Of a stretch of 47,999 bases of DNA, positions 1 through 12,200 are shown in pieces. This DNA comes from Perkinsus chesapeaki ATCC PRA-425 (lineage: Eukaryota; Protista; Perkinsozoa), in contig JAAPAO010000243.1 in NCBI GenBank assembly GCA_013115145.1, forward strand, positions 1 through 47,999, given 5' to 3'. Position numbers and translations under genes: made by a program. Within the stretch, counting starts at the first letter, position 1. The number at the start of each line of letters is the position of its first letter. The notes below the pieces were generated by a model. That model was not told the DNA's origin. It worked only from the letters and a program-made list of their open reading frames with translations, and searched no databases.

Positions 1-169
1 GCATCCAAGCTGCCGGTACACCAGCGAACTCCAAGTATGGCTGCTGACGCCTGTATAAAGGGTCGTTCACAGGTGGGCCATCTTCGATACCGGTTGCATC
101 AACAACGGCTTGCTCAATAGTCGCTACTGGGCAAATAAGGGAGATGATGGTGAGGAAGCGACGCCACAT
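1..169 (-). CDS. Subtilisin-like (S8) secreted serine protease, 5' portion only (runs off window)
   Basis: Manual translation from ATG at 169: MWRRFLTIISLICPVATIEQAVVDATGIEDGPPVNDPLYRRQQPYLEFAGVPAAWM. Signal-peptide-like N-terminus, then NDPLY..Q.YL...VPAAW, which resembles the mature N-terminus of S8 proteases. The catalytic triad is outside the window. Confidence 0.6.
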   Translation of the reverse strand, partial: MWRRFLTIISLICPVATIEQAVVDATGIEDGPPVNDPLYRRQQPYLEFAGVPAAWM

Positions 170-958
170 GTGTAAAGATGGAGTCAATTATCGATGTTCA
201 GCTCGTATCTTTCTGATCATCATGGGATCAGGCTCCCCCAATATTCTCAATTGTTCGGCACAATTCATGCTGCACTAGTTCGACCACGATAGGCTTTCCC
301 TCACCAATATTTCTGTTACTCTAGCAGAGGTGTGCCACATCATGTGTCATTAAATTCGATAAGTTATCGAACGGCTTTCCCAAGTACAATATGATCTGGT
401 TCGTATGTTCTATAAGTTCTATGTGCATTTGTGCTGACACAAATCAGCACTTTGTGCGTCGCGTGAATTTGCGCCGCGGCTGATCCCGTGGCTCCATTTT
501 GTTTTTGGCTTATCAAGTGCACATGACCTTCAATTGGAAATGACGGATTCGCCTTGATCTCCGTGATCTAATTTGGATCACCTTGCCGGGTAGTCTGTGT
601 GGTAGTAAAGTTATTTTATAACTCTGTGGCTTCGAACGGATTCCCGTGCATCGAAAACCTGTGAAGTATGCTCGGATGAGGCGCAAGTGTGAGCATGATT
701 GGTGTCCCGTGCAACAGTTCGGTCATACGATACATTTCTGACAACAGGACAACCTGATTTTGCAAACGCCAACAGGGCAGAGGCCGGCAGGAGTACATGG
801 GAAGACCACGCGGAAATTATTCGTAATAAAGCAACTCGCTTTAATCCGGAGCCTGCTTCGCGCTTTCACCCGCAGAACGAGAAGGCTTGTTGTGCCGCAA
901 GAGTTGTTCAATGACTGCATTGCAGTGTTAGAGAATGTACGACTCAGTCTTGGATTCC

Positions 959-1441
959 TCATCTTGTACTCTCGTCAATCTCGGCACCAGTACGGGTACG
1001 GAGGGGGGGATTACGGCACGATTCACTTCCCCGAAAAACTTCACGGAAACATTTCACTCTAAACTGCCAGCAAACTCAAAAACAGAGGCATAATGGAGAA
1101 AACGACTTTGTCAGTGTGTTACTGGTGTGCTGGCGCGTCGCAGTATTTTTCAGCCTCTTCACTCGCGGTAAGGTTGTCATACGAGCGTCTGATCTTCGCT
1201 ATGTTATGTTTTTAGTAGAGCATTCATTTCTCAATATCAACCTTCTTGTATATAACTGTTATCACCATCAGAGAGTTCAGAAGGCCGAGGCAAGTTTCGT
1301 GATTGTACATGTTGTCCTTTAATGGGCTCGAAGTGCCGTGAATTCCACATCGGAAGCTGCCGTACCTCTTTCGGGGGCTTCAGTGGAGCTCCTCCTTGCA
1401 GACTGCAAGTTGCAGTCAATGTTTTTTCGTCTTCCACGCAT
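959..1441 (-). CDS. Possible small multi-exon hypothetical protein
   Basis: An open GT-AG chain can be built (MRGRRKNIDCNLQSARRSSTEAPER|GQHVQSRNLPRPSELSDGDNSYIQE|AKIRRSYDNLTASEEAEKYCDAPAH|...), but no family is recognised and the 3' end is uncertain. Confidence 0.3.
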
Positions 1442-1542
1442 TGCATCTTTGTGCAATATTGTCAGGCGATGCGGAGTGAAAATGGACACTCAACCAAAAG
1501 CACTTTGCCAGACGAAGTTGGTCTATATTGGAAACCCTCCGT

Positions 1543-1686
1543 TTTCGAGCGCTCTAATTTCCACCAGCTGCGCGTAGCGCGACCGTTTCGAGCGGCCGAT
1601 TTTTCCAGTCGGAATTTTCGAGCGCTACAGTTTCCACGGGCGCGCTGCTTGCACATGGCAGAAGAGCGCGCCATTTCCGCTCGAAA
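1543..1686. promoter_or_regulatory. Cluster of four TTTCGAGCG motifs upstream of the 1774 gene (candidate promoter elements)
   Basis: TTTCGAGCG at 1543, 1586 and 1616, and its reverse complement CGCTCGAAA at 1678. Regulatory function is inferred from position only. Confidence 0.35.
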
Positions 1687-1773
1687 TTTGGTCGCAGGTT
1701 GGCGGGTCGCCTTTCCTTACTGCTTTGTAAACACCGAATTCCGGATTTCAGCGAATACCACTAATCTACTTAA

Positions 1774-2616
1774 ATGAGAGTTGCCGCTTGCATCCCCGTC
1801 GCCTTGGGTATCTTCGAGGCCCGCCACGCAATTGCTATCACTGCCAAGTCCGTCGGGGACAATACCCCGGAAGATGCCTCAGATGACGTTGATTGGGGCA
1901 CGGATCTTGACGGCTCCTCTGACAGCTCTTTCGACACCAGCGATGCCCAACAAAAAGTGGACGAGAAACATGAGGAATGGGCGAAAATAGCCGAGGAAAA
2001 CGAGAAGAAAAGGCTTGCTGCCAGAGAGGAGTGGCAAGAAGATTTTACCAATAAGGTGAGCACAACTTCGAAACTGTCCGCAAATAAGCCCTATTTAGAG
2101 CAGAGAAATCCAAGAAACCCTGGACTTTCCGACCGACGTGCCTCCTGTGCCGACACTGGAATCGGTTCGCGAAGCTAAGAAAAACGCCGCTGCCAGCTCA
2201 GGCGACCAAGACAGTGATGACGACGACGAGGGTAACATTAAACTAGCTCTAATATCTCCTACGTCGTTCGCCGTTTTCAGATGACTCTAGTGAACCCGAT
2301 GACTCAGAGAGTTATCTTCAAGAAGCTGCTCACGTGAAGATCAACTCGACCGACAGCCAGGTTCCCGTGCCGACTCAAAATGTGACGCAAAGTCTCGCCA
2401 AGCAATCGTCAAAGGGAAAGGCCAACAGCTTCGTCGATCTTGATGCGGTTCATCCGTCTGTGGCCGACTCACTGGTAAGCGGAAGCGCGACGATCGTAGT
2501 GCACGCATCGACCTTGACCGTTTCAGATATACAAGCGTGCTAAGGGCGTTCTCAACCGCTTTCAAACCCTCCAGGATAGAATTAAGGCGCTCGGGCAGGT
2601 TGTCGCCAAATTTTGA
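1774..2616 (+). CDS. Secreted acidic (D/S/E-rich) hypothetical protein, about 4 exons
   Basis: Hydrophobic N-terminus MRVAACIPVALGIFEARHAIA. Donors GTGAGC (~2055), GTAACA (~2232), GTAAGC (~2475) with CAG acceptors give an open chain ending IYKRAKGVLNRFQTLQDRIKALGQVVAKF* (TGA 2614-2616). The acceptor of the first intron was not pinned. Confidence 0.7.
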
Positions 2617-3229
2617 GCAGATCGCATGAATATGCAATTAGCTGTCATCAAAGGAGATATTATTGAGTTATAGTTTCCCCAGCATTAAGTCGGAGTATCT
2701 TTCTAGAACCAAACCTTGCACGTTCCGTGAACAGCGCGGGACTCTATTGGAAGCTTCTCGACAATCAACAAGTGTTATATAGGATTGGTTCGTGCATGAT
2801 GGATATGAGTGTGAACCACACTATCAAGCATCGAATATAGCTAGACTCGTTACGGAGAACGTAAAGATGCCGCGAGGAGTAGCTTGCGATAAACTATCAC
2901 TCCGGGGTGTATTTGCTCAATGATTCAACACTCTGACTGATACATGTATAAATAGTCTATTAATGCAATATATGCGACGTGTGCTCTGGCTTCATTGATA
3001 GCCTCACAGTTGTTGAATCTCCAAGGAGCCCCGCTTAACGTCGCGACTTTCGGGTTTCACTCTCCCAAGGATAGTCTACTCACTAAAGCGTCTATTGCTA
3101 CGATCACGATCCGGAAAATGCAATATTCTGGTCGGACAGCTACGAACAGCGATTAGCAAGCGTAATATAGGGATCCGAGATTCCAATTTGGGACAGACAA
3201 CACAAGCACTTTGCCGGCACATTGAAGCA

Positions 3230-6200
3230 TCATACACGCGCTGCATGACAGAGAGAGCACGCGTTAACAGACTCGACAGTCCCAGCCGTTTCGTGACTGA
3301 AAGAAAGCGTAGTAGGATCGAGGTCAGCAAGACCTACTTGCAGACTTTACAAAGGTAAGCTTTCACCGTGGATGAATCTGACAGGCGTAATCAGGTGAGC
3401 TACATCGAGCGAGAAAATACCTTCGAAAATAGGCTCGCCGGTGGTGACACACCACGGTATAGACTGGTGACACGCCGGGCATGAACCTGACCATGTACGA
3501 GATATAAGTTTGAGACTTTGTTGGCCTTGCTCAGCTGGGCTCTGAATCGACATGGAAACATCACATTCCTCGATGCTTTAAAACGATGCCAGAAGTGAAA
3601 TCTGCGAGGTCGCTTATTACGCGATTCTTTGCTCTCTCGAGAAGCGCAGATATGCTGACACTGAAGTGCCTCAATTCTAAAACTCATTCAGCAACAGAAA
3701 ATTATTGCTCTGCAACTAATTGCTAAAAATCTGCATTATATCTTGGCGTTTGGAGACGCATGAGACCCGAGAGGCTAGAAAACTTACAACAAAAAGTGTG
3801 CAGTGTTTTCGCAGGGCATTTCGACTGCGGGCATTCGAAAGTTCTGGGCACGGGAGGGTCCCTCGGAGGGTGCTTGGTGAAAATCGCCAGAGCCTGAAGT
3901 CCGACAGGAAGGATTGATTTCGGTTTTGGATCGGTCTCACCAAAGAAGAGTATTTCTTTCGACGATGCGATGGTATCTCGTCTGAGCCTTCCAGCTTGAT
4001 GAAAGCTCTACTGCAGAGACCGAAACGCCTGAAAACAAGCCTTCATTTATTTCGAAATATGGACTTGTGTCATTTAAAGACAGCGTGCAGTAGTCAGCGT
4101 AAGCACTCCGGCAGCACGGGATGCTCGAAGTGAATTTTGCAGAAGTTGGGGCGGCACATCTACTGTAATACCGTCGATGTCTACACTAACAGTAAATGTA
4201 AGTACTGTATTATTTATATTAGATTATTGTATATATTCCTATAAATAAATACATATATTATAAGTAAAGATAACCTTATTATAGATATATCATTAATAGA
4301 CTCTAAATTATATATATTATTACAGCACATAACCAGCCCTAAAGATCAATAATACATAATATACACTAATTTAATAGTTTATAATTAACTGTCTTACTGT
4401 CTAGTAGACTGTGTAGACAGTGTCTACACAGTACTGCCATACAGTAACTGTAAGTACTGTAGTAACTGTCTTACTGTCTACACAGTACTGCCATACAGTA
4501 ACTGTAAGTACTGTAGTAACTGTCTTACTGTCTACACAGTACTGCCATACAGTAACTGTAAGTACTGTAGTAACTGTCTTACTGTCTACACAGTACTGCC
4601 ATACAGTAACTGTAAGTACTGTAGTAACTGTCTNNNNNNNNNNNNNNNNNNNNNNNNNNNNNNNNNNNNNNNNNNNNNNNNNNNNNNNNNNNNNNNNNNN
4701 NNNNNNNNNNNNNNNNNNNNNNNNNNNNNNNNNCTGCCATACAGTAACTGTAAGTACTGTAGTAACTGTCTTACTGTCTACACAGTACTGCCATACAGTA
4801 ACTGTATGGCGCCTTCCCAGACGACTGCTACTGTATTATTATATTGATAATGTAATAAGAGTGATATGATTTAATATTACAAGATGATGGAGCCTCACCC
4901 ACGATATGTAAATTACTTAGTATTATTTCATAGTAGTAGAGAGAATAGTAGAGGCTAGAAGCTGAGGTTGGTCATAAGAGCGGTCTAAGATCACTTGGAG
5001 AATTCTATTGCGAACAATTAAATCTACATAACAATATTCTTGCCGGATGTCAGTAAATGAATCCATAATAAAAGAGTCCACATTCTCGAATAACAGTTGG
5101 CTGGTTTACAGAGATAAGCAACCTCGTCCTACTTAGACTGGAACGCGGCGATGGCCAGGAGACTCCAAGCTTTCTCAGAACCTGACAAAACCATTCCGCA
5201 AAACGGCGCGTTTGGAATCTCAACCGGACACTCTTAGAACCCGGCGCTGTCTGACCCATCTCTGGTCGGCTGACTTATTGCCAATAACTATTCGCGTTCT
5301 TTCCGGAATGTTTTCGCTTTCGAGTGCCCAAGGCAAAAAAGCTCCAGCGAAGTCGAACGGCCGCGAATGAAACCGTCAAGTATAATAACTCAGCAAGCCC
5401 GTTCGTTTGATTAGAATTACATCATCACATTTGATGCCTATGAAAAGCTACGAGTGGTTGACCCTTGTTTCTGACGTTTCATGATAGATAAACGAGCGTA
5501 CATAATCTATTTACTGAAGGACGATGCCGCTTGCAGAACTATCACGACTCGTAAAGGAGTTAGAAACTCCGACTTAATAGGAGCCACCTCATTGGCTTGA
5601 CCAATGTGTATTCCGAGGAGGCCCTATATTCCGGAAAGGTACTGTGAACTTTCTACGTCGTCATTTCTGATACTCTCGACACCAGATAGCTCACCAATGA
5701 TGTCTTCAAATGACTCGGTTAGTCTCAGAACGCTCTTCACAGCCATCTCTGCCTTACCCTCGAACAACTGACGATGACAAAGCATGTATCTGTCAAACCG
5801 ATTGGGACCCTCAGCGATGGCAGTGAGTCTCGTGACGGAAAATACATTTAAAGTGACTGCGATAGATTCGTTCTGTACGATACCTTCTAGTAGGTGTAAA
5901 ATATGTTCATAGCGCCATATTTATAGTGATTAAGTATAATTCATACACAAAGGAAATTTGCTGTGGAGGGATTTCCTCGGGATTAAGAAATGTTACCATC
6001 GCGGAGATGCAACCGAAATTTTGGTTGCAAAATTTTCCTGGGAGATTTCCCCAGACCAAATGCATGTCTTCTGGGAGCAGCAGCTGCTACTCTTTGACAC
6101 CCTGCATGCAGTTGATAAACTTCGGGGATACATGGAGTCAGATTACGTATTTTCTAGAGCNNNNNNNNNNNNNNNNNNNNNNNNNNNNNNNNNNNNNNNN

Positions 6201-9200
6201 NNNNNNNNNNNNNNNNNNNNNNNNNNNNNNNNNNNNNNNNNNNNNNNNNNNNNNNNNAGCCGAGGATGAGGCGATTCAGATTACGTATTTTATGGAGCCG
6301 AGGATGAGGCGATCCAGATTACGTATTTTATGGAGCCGAGGATGAGGCGATTCAGATTACGTATTTTATGGAGCCGAGGATGAGGCGATCCAGATTACGT
6401 ATTTTATAGCGCCTAGAAAGCCTTTGAGTACTTACAGGTGATACGCTTCACACCCTCTCCAAGGTAATTCCAGCATCTTGTCATTCATCACCTAAATGTT
6501 ATCAATAGAAGAAGATCAGAAGGGTCCCAAGCGAGCGGGTGTTCGAAGATATTCCCTGCTTCTCATCACCCTGGCTCCCCGATAGAGTTTTATGTTCTCC
6601 ATCAACACTTAATGTCATCTCTCGAAACCAATGATATATTCTCCACCGAGAATGTATTCAGCTCAGTTGCAAAATTTTCTCATCCCCTCCGTGTCTTGGT
6701 CTACCGAATTTTCTTCAAAATTTTCCAAAATATATTTCAGTATTGGCGGTCGGTTCACCAAATCAGATTCTAAAAAGTAAAGCTTACAGTAAGAAGACTC
6801 ACACACTGTGAGTAAGATACGTATGCGTAATGCGCATGCGTGCAGAATGAAGCGCACCTCTTTGTCGGCAGCAACGAGTGCTGATAATGTCGATGAGGTC
6901 ATATTCTTGCCGCTCAAGTCTGATGAAGCTCCTGAGGGAAAAATCTGGGAACTCCGAATGGACTGCATTTGTCTATATTTACGGCTGTGTTTCAACCGTC
7001 ACCCGTAGCTCCTATATAGTTAAATTCTTACATACAAGGATTAGGGACGGGAATGGAATAAAATACAGTATTAATAATGAGTAATCCACCTCAAGAGATG
7101 TTCTAATATGCTCCTGGTCAAAAGATATACTAGAAATACTTTGACGTGTTTTTAGGGAAAATGAGACATCAAATGAGTTCCTCTTCTGGACCTTCGGTGC
7201 CACTCTATGACTTTCGATTGATCATGTCACACTGGGACAAGAAATGCGGTGGTGAAGTCACGGGTTCAGTCGAGAGATGCTTATATATTACTATCATGGA
7301 GCTGTGATAGTAAGATGGCATATGCCACTTCGTTATTAATCCGATTATTCTTCATTATTATTCATCTTATATATACAATTAAATCGACTATGACAATATA
7401 CATAAAATGTTAGGACTAATCATCCTAAAGGTTCCATGTTAGTCGCTGCATTGATAAAAGTAGTTTTTCCATTGACGGCCATCGAGATCGAACACTATAT
7501 GAGATGGTTTGCTAATTAACTCACTGAGAGCACCGCGCTTATGAGCCTCCATTTCCAAGGCAGATAAAAGATATATCTTCTTCATACGAGCCGGTGAGTG
7601 GCCATTCTTATTATCAGCCAAACCAACCTAAAGATGCTTCAATTCGCACTGGGTAGATATTCTCACAAGCAGCTTTGCAGCGTCCACATGGCTGCCGGCC
7701 TTTCTATAGAGCTCGATCGCGGGGAATATTTGGCGACTTTGGACCAAATGGGTTGCGTATCTGAAAGAAAAAGAGGTTTTCTGTCGACGAGGAAGGAGTA
7801 GACTCCTCATTGGTGTTAATTCTATTGAGATCAGCGATCAATTAAATGAAATCGATTACTCGAGAGGCTAGACATCCTCGTAGAGGAAAGTAAAGGGGAA
7901 ACGTGTGAGAGACAAAATAAGGAAAGCTCCTACCAGTAACGAACGGGTCGATGCCCCATTCATAAGAACCGCTACTTTGCGCGGACCATTTAACCATAGG
8001 GGATCACATTCCTCGGTACGCTTAAAGACTTCCAAGTGCAGAGATGCAGTTGAAAATATGTTTCCAGAAAACATTAAATAAAATCCTTTCAGAGACATTT
8101 AATATTTGCCAATCACTTATAAATTATAAACTTGTACTATACTGTATAAACTTGATTAGTTCTACTTACTTTATAATATATATACTTTAACATGTTATTA
8201 TATTTTATAAGATATTTATAATTATTATTACTTATATGTTATTTATATTCTTATTTTTATATATATTATAATTATATTTTATAGTTATAAGCTATAATAG
8301 CAAGTTACGGGAAGATCAGTAACAACAACGACGGTTTCGAATCGATAAGGAAAGCGTTCGTGTCGAGAAGCTCATAGCGAGATCTTTGCTCAGCCGACTT
8401 TGCCAGTAGCGTTTCGATCTCCGGAACATCGTGAGCTTTGGCAAGTTCTATAGCTTTGGACCATGCGTTGAGCTTCACGCACAACTCGATGGCTCCACGT
8501 ATCTAACCCAATGATTTAGCGGAAATACGGTATGAAAATGAGTACATCGCCGGCCTTGATGTACAGACTTGCAGCTTGCTCGACTTGACCGACTCCGGAA
8601 AGTATCCTAGCTACGTCACGAAGTAGAGATGTTGACCGCGACGGTAGATGACGGTAGGCTGTCTGGAAGAGCGACTCGAAGTCTTCTAAAGCTAAGTAAC
8701 TGAATTGAGAGATATCCACGCAAGATGAAGAAAAGTGTGATCGATAAATTCAGAGATTAATTCACTAAGATTCGGGAGGAGTTGACGAGTCCAGTGAGTC
8801 GAGGTCATCAGATAACTAAGTGTTTTCTGAAGAGCTATTGAATGGTATCCAAGCGAATGAATCAATCTCCGTCTGCTTACGCCGTAACGAGCTTCTCCCA
8901 GGCTGACGCGCTCAACAGGTACTGAAACGGCAAAGTCAAAACAGCGCATTTGCGAAGTAGCTAACCTGGACTGCAAGATCCCACCTTCCCCTTCTCGCAT
9001 AGTAGTCTCCACATTCGACATAAGCATGCCTCAGCAGGTCCTGTTTGGTACCGTACTTCAGCGCCGACCCGAGCTCTTCCAGTAGATCTCCGGTCTCTCC
9101 GTTTGCGGTAAGCGTAGACATACCATCGGGCTGAAAGAATTAGGGAGTTTTATAGCGCGCAAAGGTCGTTCGGAAAAAGTAAAAAAGATCAAAATGGAAC

Positions 9201-12200
9201 CCGCTAAGACCACGCCTGAGAGGAATAATAATTAATGTGTGCCTGGTAGCAGTTATGGTTAAGTGTACAATCCGATGCCGAAAATGGCTTAGTTGGAGTC
9301 TATCTCATGCGTGCGACTGTTCTGGGCGAAGTTACACTGTAGTTTATAGGTATAGAACTATCAGGGAAATGTCATTGACAACTGAGGGAGCGCGGGCGAA
9401 TGCAATTTGCATATTTCTGGCCGATAGAGAGTCGTGACAGTCGACACGTGCTTCGCGTTTTCAATTGTTGCATTATTATTATTTGTAGTTTTAGAAATGA
9501 ACATTTGGTAGTTCTGCTTCGCTCCGCCGAGGGAGAAATGAAAGACATACCTTCAAAAGCTGAACTACTCGGAACCAATCACCGAGCTTCACTCGCAGCT
9601 CGACCGCCAAATCTTTGCGATCGATGTCCAAGTACAACGATTCTGCTTCGTCGAACTTCTGGAAGTATACAGCGCAAACCTGACATGGGAACTGATCAGA
9701 ATTCTATTGTGAATACGTTCCTAACAAAACACCGGCCGATACATTGTTCACGGTGACACTTGATGTGATATACTAAGTACGACAACGATTAGGTGATTTC
9801 GCATACGGGACAATTATTCCGTCTCACCTCAGCGCGACGCTTGACGTCATCGTCTAGCTCCTTAAGTCTGTGGCACATCTGGATTCCGGGGTAGTAGGCA
9901 AATCTACAGAGAAATACAAAACATGATCGACGGATCTAGTGGGTCTAATATAAATAATCGATCCTAGCGATAAAAGAAGCCCTGATGAGGTAACCCTTCC
10001 GCAGGGAAAACAAATCAAATCGAAATTATCGTGTTGGGTACAGAGTGGCTTTGTAGCCAAATTCCACGATAGCATCGTGGAGTTTCCCTCTGATGGTCTT
10101 TGCTACCGTCCACTCTATACAACAGAGCATGTAGTATCTCCTCTCTTCATTACGCGAAAGAAGAAAAGAAACCTTACTTTACGAAAGCTTTCTCGGCCAC
10201 GTTGATGTCGAGTTTGTCCAAAGCCGACTCGGCAAGTAGACGCCAAAGTCCTGATATAGGAATGGTACACGGATGTTCTCGGGCAAGCAAACTAACCAAA
10301 AAGGTATATACGAAGCCTTCTTAGCTTAGTTGGTAGAGCACCCGCTTAGTAAGCGGGAGGTCGTCGGTTCGACTCCGGCAGAAGGCTTATAGTGATTAAC
10401 TCATCGAGTTAATCACTATTGTTTATTTTTCTGCACTATTTCTATCGACAATCCAAACCCATGACATACTCTTGTGAGGGTTAGCATCCACGTAATTAAA
10501 AGCATCTTTCAAGTTGGACAGCTTCCCCAAGATATCTCTCGTGTCTCGCAGCGTTTTCGTCTCGAAATCTATCAGTTCGCTTTGCCACTGTGCCGCTGGA
10601 GCTGATGTTGCAGCTGCTTGCTCCGTCTCATCCTTTTCAGTCTTCTTTTTATTAGAGGGGCGTTGCATGACCGTCGAGCTCGTCAGCATTGTCTGTAATA
10701 ACTGAAGAACACCTTAACGCTTCTTTACAAGTCAGCCGCGTTACACTGTCGAGCGTCACTGCTCTTATCTGCAAGTCAGTGAAGCCATAGATGTATCTGT
10801 CAATAGTAAGACCTTCGAGCAAGTGCAACAGGTGTAACTAGCCTCGCGCAAATTCGACTAGTGTGAGGGTACTATGAGAAATATTGTTACGCAAATTACA
10901 GAGCGTTAGTCTAAAAATGCCAGGATCAGATGGAGTATCTTTCTAACTCGAAAAGAGGATCGAATTGGGAACATTCGGCGCTCTTCGGCGACTTGGCAAA
11001 CTTACGCCTCGCTTGCGACGGGCTCCTCTGGCTCCATTCCACGAAGGACATACATTCGAGACTTCTCCATGACCGCTAGGAGATCTGATTCCATAATATA
11101 AATGAACCGTACAGATAGGAAGTGTTCGGAAAAACCACCAGATCCTGCTGACTTGCATCATCCCGAAAAATATACTTTTCAGATTCGGGAATGCACAAGC
11201 TTGAAAACTGGTAAGGATGGTCGCTATTGTCTCGCTTGAAAATGTTCTTTCGAGTCATATTGCATTCGGACATCTGTGTCATGTGACACATACAAATAAC
11301 GTGGGTTTAACTTTAACGTCAAACGCCGCAATCGCGCTTAGTTGGACTAGCACGGGCGCGATTATTTAACTCTATGAAATTTCATAGTATCTTGCCTGTT
11401 TGATCGGTAGCCCATTTCGCCTGCCAAACCTCTCGTCGGGCCGCCTTGTAAGCAGCCACAGGTTTGATAGTAGTGGGCGCAGAGCCTTCTCTCAAAGCAG
11501 GCAAGTAGAATACGTGAAGTTGGCCTTCGCCATCAATGATCGATATTTTGGTAGCGTCACAGTTGACGGCGATACTCTGAGATGGGTACATATTTCGCCT
11601 TCTTAGCGGAGGGCAAACGAGAAGTGAGTTATGATTAATGAAAATGAGTAATATCACATTCCCACCGAAAAAGCAAAAATTTTTTTCTTGCTGCCAGGGC
11701 GTTTACACGTTAGTTTACACGCTACATGAAACGACATAAAAGGTTCTGCAAAGCCAGAGCGACCTCATAGCCAGGTGATAGTAATCAACAGCCTCGGTAG
11801 CTCAGTCGGTAGAGCGCGTGCCTTTTAAGCCCGTGGTCGTGGGTTCGAGCCCCGCCCGAGGTGTTTTATGATTACTGCTAAGTTGAGTTTCACTCAACCG
11901 TACCCAGCGACAGGCGCTTGTGCTTGCACTGCTACATGCGAGCAATTCTCGCCTTGAAGGGTACTGTTTTCCGCGTCACCCCGGATCTCTGTGATGAATG
12001 CCGACTACACTTATTCACACTTAATTTAAACTAGGTTCATCATTAATAACCACTTAGTAATAATTCAGGCTAACTTGCTACCCATATTTAAATTCCTAAG
12101 CGACGGCACGTCACCGTTCGGGCGCGTACGGTTGCATATCGCACGGAGCCTGTTCATGTGCGTGTGCGTGTAAACACCTGTTTAAGACGAGCACAGGTAT

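Noticed and set aside
4420-4869. 149-aa ORF of 18-aa repeats
   Set aside because: Artefact of a 54-bp satellite within a WDR35 intron and spanning an N-gap.
6131-6407. CRISPR-like regular repeats
   Set aside because: Head-to-tail tandem units with no unique spacers and no cas genes; eukaryotic context.
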